Positions 8,901-18,105 of a stretch of DNA of 64,000 bases are shown here, one piece after another. The DNA is taken from the NCBI GenBank assembly GCA_965216875.1, contig OZ244207.1, positions 4,992,001-5,056,000 on the forward strand, in the 5' to 3' direction. Both the position numbers and the translations under genes were made by a program. How positions within the stretch are numbered: the first letter of the stretch is position 1; each line of letters begins with the position of its first letter. The notes beneath the pieces are model-generated. The model saw nothing but the letters and a program-made list of their open reading frames with translations. It was not told where the DNA came from and made no database searches. Origin of the DNA: Rubripirellula sp. (GTDB lineage Bacteria; Planctomycetota; Planctomycetia; Pirellulales; Pirellulaceae).

Positions 8901-10766
8901 TCACTTGATCTCAACCGTCTGGCGAAGCTGAGCTGGGGGCAAACAAAAGGTGTCACGACACACTTCGTAGTCGACCAAGACACGCAACCTCGTTGTCGCG
9001 GCAACGTCATCAACCCGGACTTTCCGACTGAATTGCGCGATCGCTTGGTAGATCTTTTCTTGTGGATTTTGCCTCGAAGGCTGGCCCTTTGAACGGGTCC
9101 ACTTTCCCAGCGGTGCGACACCGCCTGGCAAGTCGAACTTCAGTCGCACTGGAACATGGGCGCCGCCTTCAGGAACTTCCGAGTAAAGGTGCCATCCCGG
9201 TTTGATGGAGATCGTCACCTTCACGTCGTAGACGCCCGGCTGATCCTCAACCGGATCGGCGACCGTCACCATGCTTAACTGGTCCGTCGAAACCTTGTCG
9301 TCAGTCTCGAAGGTGTCCACCTTTTCTTCAGGCTTGACGTCTTTCTCAGGCTTTGCGTCCGGTGATTCTGCCGCTGAGCCCGCGGACGAAACCGCGTGCT
9401 TGGGCGCATCTGGATTCCGTCGGAAGTACCAAACTTGACTGATACGAGATTCCTTTTCGATGAACTCTTTGTTCCGCTCGCTCAGCTTTTCGAACCTACC
9501 TTGAAATGGCTTCATCGCCTCTTCGAAGGCCTCTTGATCGTAGTCCCCGGCCTCAAACTTCTTGGCAAACTCTTTTTGTACCGCTTGGCTTTCCGCCGTC
9601 AGGGCTTCAATCGCCTGCCGCACTTCTTCCTGGGCGACTTTTTCTTCGTCGGTCATCTCGCGCAGGTGATAGACGTCTGAGTAGTCGCCAACGATCAAGT
9701 CGAGCCAACCATCGTTGTCATAGTCAACAACGCAGATCTGGCTTCGAACGCCCAGTGCCGCTTCGTCGTCCTTGCCAAGGTATTGCATCTTGAACTTTGA
9801 TTCCGAACCAGCTGCGATCAGTGGTCGGTACGCTTCGAACTTTGGCTCACCTGTTGAACCTTGCGTCACGTTGCGATACCAGCCAACTGCGCCGTCACCC
9901 GAACCGACGACCAAGTCCCATTTGCCGTCGTTGTCCCAATCAGCAGCAACGGGCGCAGCGTGCATGTTGACGTGCAAGGGTTCCTCACCAACGTTCACTT
10001 GGATCGCGTCGACCGAGTACTTCGGTGTTTCGCGCGTGCCGATGTTCGTGCGCAAAAACAAGTCGCCCGAGAACGAACCTATCAAAACGTCGAGATCGCC
10101 GTCGCCATCCCAATCGACGGTCGTCGGCCAGCTTCCAAAGGTCGCGACTCGCAACGTGATTGAATCGGTATCACCAGAGTTCTGCTTCTCTTCGTCAAGC
10201 TCATTCCACTTGGCAAGCTCGACCGGATGGTGGACCAGTTCGATTCCTGACTCGTCACGAATCTTTTCGACTTCGGCATACTTGCCATCACCCAAACCGC
10301 GAAACAGATAGATGTCGCCGGGGTCGTACGAACCGCTGATCATGTCGAGCGTGCCGTCGTTGTCGTAGTCCACAAACTGTGGACTTGACGCGATGCATCA
10401 GTAAACCGGTGTCTTGGCATCGACACCACCTGCTTGAAGTTTGCCTTTGGACGTGTACTCAGGCTTTTCGTCGTTGGCCGTGTTTTCGAAGAACCAAAAG
10501 AAGCCTGGAAAATCCCCCACCAACAGATCGCGGTCACCATCACCATCGACGTCCGCCACGCAGGGTCCAGCGTGAGCAATGTTTGACAATTGACCGATGT
10601 CGATCGGCTTGCCGTCCGCTTGGATGCGAACTCCTTTGTCTAGATCGCCGACCACTCGATCTTTCGTCAAGTCCTGCTCGCCGGCGATCGCCGTTGGAAG
10701 CGCCAGCAGCCCCATCAACAGCGTGCATGAACCACGCCCCACCTTCCTCAATAACCGACAACACAT
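8901..10766 (-). CDS. Candidate selenoprotein: secreted FG-GAP/VCBS-repeat protein with U123-C124 and a C-terminal DsbD-alpha-like domain (621 aa with TGA readthrough at 10398-10400)
   Basis: ORFs 10398..10766 and 8901..10373 are in one frame and join as KTPVY-TGA-CIASSPQFVDYDNDG; repeated DxDxDGxxDLxxG motifs lie on both sides; C-terminus has IKPGWHLYS and YEVCRDTFCLPP; SECIS-like hairpin follows the TGA. Confidence 0.75.
10362..10400 (-). promoter_or_regulatory. Bacterial SECIS-like element
   Basis: UGA, a 12-nt spacer, then AGUCCACA-GUU-UGUGGACU (perfect 8-bp stem, loop starting GU), extended by GUC/GAC. Confidence 0.7.
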
Positions 10767-10854
10767 TTAGGTCATCTCCCACGTGCGTGTTGCAAGAAAC
10801 GGAATTCCCACCAGAAGAAATTGTACCGGGCGCACGGCCAGCACGCTCGAATCG

Positions 10855-11757
10855 CTAGGAGCGACCCACTCCGATCTCGAGTACGCGGTTTTCGGAGGCC
10901 GAGGTCTCGATCAGCGCGGCGACTTGGGTCGCCAAATGGACATCGCCCCAGGTGATGGGGAAGGGTGTTCCGGCGAGGATTGCTTTGGCAAATTCGTGCA
11001 AAAGAGAATCCTCGGCATGCTCATCGTCGCCATTCGATGCGGCGAGCTCAGGTCCCGTCTTGCCCGGAACGTTTTGCCCCTGAACCTTTTGACCCTGTCC
11101 TTTTTCATCAAAGAGTTGGAAACGACGTTGGCTATCGACTTGAGCCGTAGCCTGAGTGCCCACCAGCGTGAGCGAATTGCATGCTTCGCCCGGAAACTTT
11201 GTGCAGGTGTCGATCAATGCCGTCGCCCCCGATGCAAAATCGAGATGTGCCTGAGCCAACCCATCTCGCAAAACGCCATAGACGCTCGAGGGTACAGAGC
11301 CGATCAACCACATCACCAAATCGAGTTGCTCAGCCAACCCTTGTTTCGGAGATTGTTGAGTGTTCGCCCATGCGTGAATCCGGATCAAGCGAGGTTCGCC
11401 GAGCTCGCCCATAAGGAGTGCCTTTTTGAGCTGAACCATCGCCGGCTCAAACCGCAACATCATCGCCGGCATCGAACGACCACTCGAGCCCATCACGGAG
11501 ATCATGTCTGGCTCAACCAGAAAGGGATCGATTGTCAATTGATGCCCGCCTCGTTGAATCATTCCCAAGTGTTCCAGCGGCGATTCCGTGACAACCGCTC
11601 GAGCCGAATCGAGATCGGTCTGAGCAGCGATCAAGCGATTCGTTGCCGCGGCCTTTTGGAGTCGTTCGCCACGATCATCTTGAACGCCAACCCAGATCGC
11701 AACTTGGCGAGTTGGATTCGAAGCGTGTTGCATTTCCCTGGGATCCATCTCGCTCAA
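10855..11757 (-). CDS. Divergent Gfo/Idh/MocA-family oxidoreductase-like protein
   Basis: LRFEPAMVQLKKALLMGELGEPRLIRI and LDLVMWLIG resemble the GFO C-domain; no clear GxGxxG. Confidence 0.6.
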   Translation of the reverse strand: MSEMDPREMQHASNPTRQVAIWVGVQDDRGERLQKAAATNRLIAAQTDLDSARAVVTESPLEHLGMIQRGGHQLTIDPFLVEPDMISVMGSSGRSMPAMMLRFEPAMVQLKKALLMGELGEPRLIRIHAWANTQQSPKQGLAEQLDLVMWLIGSVPSSVYGVLRDGLAQAHLDFASGATALIDTCTKFPGEACNSLTLVGTQATAQVDSQRRFQLFDEKGQGQKVQGQNVPGKTGPELAASNGDDEHAEDSLLHEFAKAILAGTPFPITWGDVHLATQVAALIETSASENRVLEIGVGRS

Positions 11758-11806
11758 TGGTGCTCGCGAAAAGTGAAGGCGACCGCTTGATGAATGCGGC
11801 GGGAGC

Positions 11807-14200
11807 TTATCTTACTTCAAGGTAGGGATTGATGGTTTGCGCCTTTTCGACGCCCTTGGACGTGACCTGATACCGCCCCACTTGGATGGAAACATAGCGC
11901 AGGCTCGCACACTTCGCGAGCTCGAACAAACCTTCGTCCGTGACGTTGGGCGATTCGATAATGAGGGTCTCAAGTTTTGGGGATTGGCCGAGGTGCTTGA
12001 GCCCTTCGTCACTCACCGCCACTTTGCCCAGGTAGAGTGAGGTCAGCGAGGGAATCCTGGACAAATGCAAACACGCTTGATCACCGAGTGATGGCGTATT
12101 GCGTATTTTGAGTTCTTTGAGTTCGGGCAGTTTCTGCAGGTGGATGAGGTATCGCCCCTTGATCGCTTCGGAGATCAACTCCACTTCTTTCAGCTCGGGG
12201 CAATGGGCCAGGTAAGGCAACCCCGAGCCGGTCATCAATTCCGATTGAAAATTGAGTCGCTGTAAATTCGGCAAGGCTTCAAACGCTTGCATGCCGTGAT
12301 CCGTAATCGTTGACTTTCGTGTCAGCAGGTACTCGAGTTGTGGGAACTGATTCAGTTTTTGAAATTGTCGATCGTCAAGTGACGCTGAGACAGATTCGAA
12401 TGCCGTGACATTCGGCAGCGGCTCATCAAGTTTCCAGATCGGAGCGTGGGCGACCTTGCCACGAACGGAGATGCTTTTCAACTTGGTGAGTGCTTGCAGA
12501 GGCGTCAGGTCCAAGGTGCGCTGAATCGCTTCAATCTGAACGGTTTCCAGTTGAGGCATCGACAGCATGTCGGTGATCGACCCTTGCCCCGAAAAGGGCG
12601 TTTGCCAGCGAGTGTCATTGTCAAACAGGCTGCCATGACCGTTGACGCGCATCGAAACGCCGGGATAGCGAGCCTGCAGTTGGGCAAGACCACCGCGAGT
12701 CACGGGGCAGGGCGTGATGACCAAACGCCTGAAACCCGCCGGCAACTTGAGGCCAACAAGCTCATCATCAGACAATTTCGGATCATCGACAATGAGCTCT
12801 TTCAATCCGCTCAACTCTGCAATGCGACCAAGCTGATGCGGTGCGATACGTTCGAGCCACAAGCCTTCGATTCCGCGGAGCGCGGCGACTTCGTCCAAAT
12901 CCCACGACACCTTTCCTGACGATTCAAGCTCAGGCATCACCGACGGTGGACCAGCGGTGTGCAGGTCGTACATTCGACCACGCGTGCCCAACGGTGTGAG
13001 ATGAAGGTCCGCGATCTGACCTGGCCAATGAAGCACGGGTCTGAGTCGATTGGAAAAAAACGGTCGAAGGAAAAGAAGGGGCACGACGGACAAGTTCCGA
13101 AGCTTGGCAGCTTCGATCGCCTGGGCTTGAGTTGGCGACAACTCGGTGCGAATCGTCAACTCCAAGTCAGGACGTGCCTTCGCCAAACGCTCAATCGCCT
13201 CTTTGCTAAACCGACCCGATAGCTCAACGCGTCTTAGCGGCTGCTTTGCATTGCCCACAACTTCGAGCGAGCGATCCGTCAAATTACCACTTAGCGTGAT
13301 CGATTCGATCGAGTTCATTTGCGTCAGCGACTGCGTCGCTTGATCCGAAATTCCCGAACCAATCAGATTGACCTCTTGTAACTTTCGACATCGGGCAATG
13401 CTTTCAGCGTCCTCATCACTCGCGCCAACAAATCGCGAAGCAAACAACTCGAGGTTTGGTAGAGTCGGCAGCACATCCACGAGACGCGAGGGCAAGTCGT
13501 CGGCATAGGTCAACTTTGAAACCGGACATCCATCCAGACGATGAAACTGGTCGTAGTACACGCCGGACCGAGACAAGTCGAGCTGTTGGAGGTTGGGGAG
13601 TTTCGAAACGTCACCTAGCCCCGGACCGAGCACCCCCGAACCGAGCGTCAATTCACGCAGCGAAGGTATCTTCAACAGGTGTGCAAGTCCGGCATCCGAA
13701 ACACCTGTCTCATGAATATCCAATGCCACCAGTTGTTTGCAGTTGGCAAGCGGAACGAGCCCATCGTCGGTAAGGTGCGTTCGCCAAAGTGATAAGCGTT
13801 CAAGTTGTTCCAAACGAGCGATGTACTTCATCCCCTCGTCGCCAAGATGGGAACGATTGAAGTAGGCGCGTTTCAAGTTTGACAGGTGAGTGATCGGCGC
13901 AATCGAATCGTCATTGAGCATTGGCGATCCGGCGCGAATCTGAACGGCCAAGACGAATCGCTCGGGATCGAGCTTGGCAATCCAACTTGGTCGGACGCCG
14001 ATCGTTTGAATCTCGGCACCCTTTTCGGCCAGCTGTAGACTCGCCTCATGCTGGCGATAGTAGAAGACGTAGAAGTGAAGCCAGACCGCCAGCAGGATGG
14101 CTAGAAAGGTAACCATCACCAGCAGCGTACGTAGCCGCCAGCGCAGCCCCCACTTTTTCGAGTTTGCCTTGATGTCGTGCCCCGGCACCTGCTCACTCAC
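11807..14200 (-). CDS. Membrane-anchored leucine-rich repeat protein (planctomycete type)
   Basis: RWRLRTLL + TM leader; many LxxLxxLxLxxTxVTDxGL repeats. Confidence 0.9.
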   Translation of the reverse strand: MSEQVPGHDIKANSKKWGLRWRLRTLLVMVTFLAILLAVWLHFYVFYYRQHEASLQLAEKGAEIQTIGVRPSWIAKLDPERFVLAVQIRAGSPMLNDDSIAPITHLSNLKRAYFNRSHLGDEGMKYIARLEQLERLSLWRTHLTDDGLVPLANCKQLVALDIHETGVSDAGLAHLLKIPSLRELTLGSGVLGPGLGDVSKLPNLQQLDLSRSGVYYDQFHRLDGCPVSKLTYADDLPSRLVDVLPTLPNLELFASRFVGASDEDAESIARCRKLQEVNLIGSGISDQATQSLTQMNSIESITLSGNLTDRSLEVVGNAKQPLRRVELSGRFSKEAIERLAKARPDLELTIRTELSPTQAQAIEAAKLRNLSVVPLLFLRPFFSNRLRPVLHWPGQIADLHLTPLGTRGRMYDLHTAGPPSVMPELESSGKVSWDLDEVAALRGIEGLWLERIAPHQLGRIAELSGLKELIVDDPKLSDDELVGLKLPAGFRRLVITPCPVTRGGLAQLQARYPGVSMRVNGHGSLFDNDTRWQTPFSGQGSITDMLSMPQLETVQIEAIQRTLDLTPLQALTKLKSISVRGKVAHAPIWKLDEPLPNVTAFESVSASLDDRQFQKLNQFPQLEYLLTRKSTITDHGMQAFEALPNLQRLNFQSELMTGSGLPYLAHCPELKEVELISEAIKGRYLIHLQKLPELKELKIRNTPSLGDQACLHLSRIPSLTSLYLGKVAVSDEGLKHLGQSPKLETLIIESPNVTDEGLFELAKCASLRYVSIQVGRYQVTSKGVEKAQTINPYLEVR

Positions 14201-14583
14201 GTTGTCTGTTCATCCCTCGATGCGAGATCGCGCATCAATCACACCACCTTTATACTCCGGCGAGAACGACGATGCGCTGTCACTACCTTCGGCCAGACAG
14301 CGGGGCCTCGCCCATGTCCCCAGCCGGTCAACGTCCCGACGGGGTCACCCGTCCCTGACTTTGAAATGCCGTCCGATGCCGCAAATCAGTGGCGGAAGGA
14401 CTGCCAAACAGGCGATTTGTCATTGAAGTGACGGCTGTCCCGTTCGGCCGCCGACCGCGGGTGAAGTGTAAGCTCGTCCACGTGATGAGGCTATTTCACC
14501 TACGCAATGGGTGGTCGCCGGGCTAACCTGTCACCAGTCAACGTTAGTTATCCTTCCTCTTAACACGCGAGGAGTTTCATTCA

Positions 14584-14946
14584 ATGAAACGATCGTCTTT
14601 ACTGCTGCCCATCGCGATGCTGGTCGCGATCGGCTGTTCGGCCGAACCTGAGGCAACGGTTGATTCCAATGCCACAGAGTCGACCCAAACCGTACAAACT
14701 CCAGCTGGAACCGATTCCGAGGCTGTCACCTTTGTCAGTCTCAAAGTTCCCAACATGGTCTGAGGAGGCTGTGCCGCTTCGGTCCGAAGCGATCTGTCCA
14801 AAATCGCAGGTGTCAGCGATATCAAAACCGACATCCCCAACAAGACCTGTTCGTTCAAGATCTCTGATCCTAACGTTGACTACGAGGCGGAACTGAAGAA
14901 GTACGCCGAAACGAACACGCACTTGGCTGAATACACCATTCAGTAG
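14584..14946 (+). CDS. Candidate selenoprotein: heavy-metal-associated (HMA/CopZ/MerP-like) lipoprotein with M-V-U-G-G-C (120 aa, TGA at 14761-14763); absent from the ORF track
   Basis: GAGGAG RBS; MKRSSLLLPIAMLVAIGC lipobox; VSLKVPNMV-U-GGCAASVRSDLSKIAGVSDI matches the HMA MxCxxC fold; frame stays open to TAG 14944-14946; terminator follows; SECIS-like hairpin present. Confidence 0.85.
14761..14791 (+). promoter_or_regulatory. Bacterial SECIS-like element
   Basis: UGA, an 11-nt spacer, then CGCUUCG-GUC-CGAAGCG; GGUC apex as in the E. coli fdhF SECIS. Confidence 0.75.
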
Positions 14947-14970
14947 TCCATCCAACCGAATTGCGAAGTG

Positions 14971-15008
14971 AAACGGGCCCGTGAAACTCTCACGGGCCCG
15001 TTTTTTAT
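14971..15008 (+). terminator. Intrinsic terminator after the HMA gene
   Basis: AAACGGGCCCGTGA-aactc-TCACGGGCCCGTTTTTT. Confidence 0.85.
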
Positions 15009-15136
15009 TGATCGAAAAGAAAACGGAGATTTCTTTCCCCGCGGTGTAATCCTGGAGGCCGTTGTGCCCTTTGTCTAATGTCAACACGAGACAAACGAAC
15101 AAAACACAAGGCAAACCAACTCAAGGAGCCAGGACA

Positions 15137-15559
15137 ATGAAAACCTCATGGAAGTCAATCGTAGCAGCAGGAACGGTCGTCGCCGCTTTGGGACTTTGCG
15201 TTCCGCAAACGGCAAGTGCACAGGGCACCGTGTACGTTTCGACCCCAACCGTCGTCAACGCAACTGTGGGCTACACCGTCGAACAACGCGGATTGCTCGG
15301 ACGACGAACGGTTGTCCGCCCCGTGGTCGCCCCAGTGGTGACAAACACCGTGGTCGCCCGACCTGTCATCACAACGCCTGTGGTGACAACCCCCGTGGTC
15401 CCAGCACCTGTCGTTCAAACCCGCGTGGTCACGCCAGTCGTCACTCCACCAGCACCTGTCACGGTGGCTCGCCCTGTTTACACCGCAGCCCCCACAACCG
15501 TCGTGCAACCCGTCGCTCCGGTGACCTACTACACGCCCCCTGTGCTGACGGCATGGTGA
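15137..15559 (+). CDS. Secreted Pro/Val/Thr-rich low-complexity protein
   Basis: AAGGAG RBS; signal peptide ending ASA-Q; VGYTVEQRGLLGRRTVVRPVV; paralogue at 20783-21220. Confidence 0.8.
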   Translation: MKTSWKSIVAAGTVVAALGLCVPQTASAQGTVYVSTPTVVNATVGYTVEQRGLLGRRTVVRPVVAPVVTNTVVARPVITTPVVTTPVVPAPVVQTRVVTPVVTPPAPVTVARPVYTAAPTTVVQPVAPVTYYTPPVLTAW

Positions 15560-15580
15560 AAACACGCTGAAAAGCGCAAC

Positions 15581-15619
15581 AAAAAACCTCGGCTTCCTTA
15601 AGGAATCCGAGGTTTTTTT
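15581..15619. terminator. Bidirectional terminator
   Basis: AAAAAACCTCGG...CCGAGGTTTTTTT between convergent genes. Confidence 0.85.
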
Positions 15620-15650
15620 ATTGTTCTCTAGTTTGCGTGCGAGCCGCTCA

Positions 15651-16004
15651 TTAGCGAACGATGGTGCGACCAAACTTGGTGATCACGACTTCGACGCTGT
15701 GGTCGCAGCCTGGGAACTTGTAGGTCAGGACCTTGCGACCGAAGAAACCAGATCGGCATCCGCAGTACACAGGAGGAACTTCTGCACAGCAGGCTGGCAC
15801 GCATGCCGACACTTCATAGGTGCAGCATGGGTTGCATGGATCTGCAACGCACCATGAAACCTTCACCGGTGGTGGAGGGCATGGGGTGCAGCAAACAGGT
15901 GCTGGCTTGCAGCATGGATCAAGGCAACCAGCGTCGGCCGGCGCTGCCATTGCAACCAAAGCGGCTACCATGCACCCGGCGATCAAACCACGTAAACGAA
16001 ACAT
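15651..16004 (-). CDS. Small secreted Cys/Pro-rich protein (planctomycete-type)
   Basis: Signal peptide ending ADA-G; CC pairs; RSGFFGRKVLTY. Confidence 0.8.
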   Translation of the reverse strand: MFRLRGLIAGCMVAALVAMAAPADAGCLDPCCKPAPVCCTPCPPPPVKVSWCVADPCNPCCTYEVSACVPACCAEVPPVYCGCRSGFFGRKVLTYKFPGCDHSVEVVITKFGRTIVR

Positions 16005-16230
16005 CTCTTCTCTCTCTTGTTGAAGTTCGTGGGAAATCGAGGCGTTTCCCTAGTCTTGTTGTTCAACGCAAACTGAGCAAGCGACAAGGTTGCCCCTGTC
16101 CTCGCATTCAACGCAGGCGTGCCAGTATAGCCGATGTAATCAGATCAACCACGCCCCCTCGAGTGTGTCGTCTGCGTGGTCGCGCAATCGGGTGGTGCGC
16201 AATGACGCTCCCCAATCCTGCCCGCCGCCC

Positions 16231-16295
16231 GTTTGCTGTACCGAGCTTTCGCCGGAATCTTCATGCTCTTCCGCCCAAAAGGCGGGACGACAAAC
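16231..16295. repeat. REPIN family B copy
   Basis: GTTTGCTGTACCGAGCTTTCGCCGGAATC...CCGCCCAAAAGGCGGGACGACAAAC. Confidence 0.85.
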
Positions 16296-16376
16296 TGAGC
16301 AAGTCGCCGAAACCTCGCTAAAATGTGAGTCACGAGCTCGTTTTCGCCGCAAACCCGTACATTCTTCGCCCCATCA

Positions 16377-16964
16377 ATGACCAACGAAACGCAACTCAGC
16401 CTCCTCGGACGGGTCCAGCAAACGCAGGTCGGCAACTCCTGGCTCGAGTTTTCCGACATGTACGACCGTATGATCCAGGGCTGGCTCTTTCGACAGGGCG
16501 TTCAGGCCCAGGATGCGGATGATATTCGCCAGGAGGTGATGACCATCGTCCTGCGTGAAATCGGCAAGTTCGAGCACAATGGGCGGACAGGGGCCTTTCG
16601 GGCTTGGCTCAAGGCGATCACGAGCAATTGCCTGCGTGACTTTTGGCGGCGCAGCAAACGGCGAGCGGCCTCTGGAAGCCCCGATTTGGCCGAAATGGCT
16701 GCCCAGCTCGAGGACGAAAGCAGTCGTCAGAGCATGATGTGGAACGCCGAGCACGACCGATATGTAATCGACCATCTGCTCGAAAAGATCGGCGAGCGAC
16801 TCTCGCCCAAGAGCGTCAGCGTGTTTCGCCGGATCGTGATCGACCAGGAAGAGGCCGAGTCGGTCGCCGAAGACCTGGGCATGACCCTAGGAGCCGCCCG
16901 AGTTGCCCAACATCGCGTCCTGAAGGCTCTCAAAGAGTCGGGAATGGGTCTGGTCGATTGTTGA
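16377..16964 (+). CDS. ECF RNA polymerase sigma factor
   Basis: SWLEFSDMY, DADDIRQEV, GAFRAWLKAIT (region 2); VAEDLGMTLGAARVAQHRVLK (region 4). Confidence 0.9.
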   Translation: MTNETQLSLLGRVQQTQVGNSWLEFSDMYDRMIQGWLFRQGVQAQDADDIRQEVMTIVLREIGKFEHNGRTGAFRAWLKAITSNCLRDFWRRSKRRAASGSPDLAEMAAQLEDESSRQSMMWNAEHDRYVIDHLLEKIGERLSPKSVSVFRRIVIDQEEAESVAEDLGMTLGAARVAQHRVLKALKESGMGLVDC

Positions 16965-16970
16965 TCCGCC

Positions 16971-17192
16971 CATCAGCCAAAACGCAATGGCGTGCAGTTC
17001 TTCCGGCATCGGTCGCGCAGGAACCGCGAGCTATCGCTCTGCGGCTGATGCCTTGTTGATTTCACTCATCAGCCGCAACGCGATAGCGTGCGGTTCGCAT
17101 GGCATTGATTTGCGCAGGAACAGCGAGCTATCGCTCTGCGTCTGATGCCTCGTTGATTTCACTCATCAGCCGCAACGCGATAGCGTGCGGTT
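16971..17192. repeat. Tandem array of ~97-bp palindromic units (family F-related), about 2.3 copies
   Basis: CATCAGCCGCAACGCGATAGCGTGCGGTT...AACCGCGAGCTATCGCTCTGCGGCTGATG; starts at 16971, 17067 and 17164. Confidence 0.9.
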
Positions 17193-17212
17193 CCCATACC
17201 ATCGGCGCGCAC

Positions 17213-17241
17213 AAAAAAACGCGGCCGATTGGCCGCGTTTT
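17213..17241. terminator. Bidirectional terminator
   Basis: AAAAAAACGCGGCC-gatt-GGCCGCGTTTT. Confidence 0.8.
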
Positions 17242-17262
17242 GCATGGTTTTGGCGATGATCG

Positions 17263-17886
17263 TTAGGCGTCGCTCTTGGCGATACGTCGGGCTTCGCTGG
17301 CGATCGCGATTCGGGCAACACCCGTGGTCAGCATGTGAACGCCGGCCAAAATTCCGATCGCCCACAACGAGCTGGTTGGCAATCCGGCGAGGATGATCAT
17401 GCCGCAGGCGAGTGTTGCAATCCCGCCAGCCATAATCCATCCCCATCCCGATTCTCTCCTCGCACCCGCCGACAGCGCGATTCGGGTCACACCGTCGATC
17501 ATCAACAGGACTGCCAGGAGGACCGTCAGCGAGACCATGCTGCCAACAGGGTAGAACGCGATGACTGCGGCAAGCAGGACCTGCATCACCCCGACGCAGA
17601 ACGATTCCAATTTGAGCCCGCGAGGTGCGAAGAAGGCTCCAGCCAGGTTGAAGGCTCCAACCACAACCAGCGTGACGGCAATCACCATTGCGACTGCGGC
17701 GGTGGCGAGTACGGGTGCCATGATCGCCAACATCCCCGCGATGACCGACACGATGCCGGCTGCCATCAACCAGCCCCAATCCTTGGCGAGGGCTTTCACT
17801 GCTGCGGCAGGATTGAATCCGATGGTGACTTGGTCGATCTGGTGAAGATTGTTGTTGGTTTGGTTGGTAGGGGTTGCGGTCGACAT
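17263..17886 (-). CDS. HdeD/DUF308 family membrane protein
   Basis: WGWLMAAGIVSVIAG..., GWGWIMAGG, LPTSSLWAIGILAG; six TM helices; AAGGAG RBS. Confidence 0.88.
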   Translation of the reverse strand: MSTATPTNQTNNNLHQIDQVTIGFNPAAAVKALAKDWGWLMAAGIVSVIAGMLAIMAPVLATAAVAMVIAVTLVVVGAFNLAGAFFAPRGLKLESFCVGVMQVLLAAVIAFYPVGSMVSLTVLLAVLLMIDGVTRIALSAGARRESGWGWIMAGGIATLACGMIILAGLPTSSLWAIGILAGVHMLTTGVARIAIASEARRIAKSDA

Positions 17887-18105
17887 GACGGGCTCCTTCG
17901 AGATTTGCCTTTTTGAGTTTTTGATTGCGTTTGCGTTTGATTTCGCTCTTTGCCTGGTGAATGGCACGAGGTGACCGCGAGATTTCACCTGACGGAGTTT
18001 TTTTTCCGAAAAACCTTCCGCCATCGCCACAGCCGCCCGGTTTCGCACAACCGGCCAAACGGCATTCGGCCGATCCTGGACCGCCCCATCGCCCGATGAA
18101 AGAAG

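Noticed and set aside
16959..16964. ECF sigma ending in Cys-TGA as a possible C-U selenoprotein
   Set aside because: Sigma region 4 is complete, and the downstream DNA is a repeat array rather than protein-like sequence
16971..17192. CRISPR array (also considered for 4854-5158, 34388-34515 and 47438-47882)
   Set aside because: Units are palindromic REP doublets with repeated linkers and few copies, and no cas genes are present
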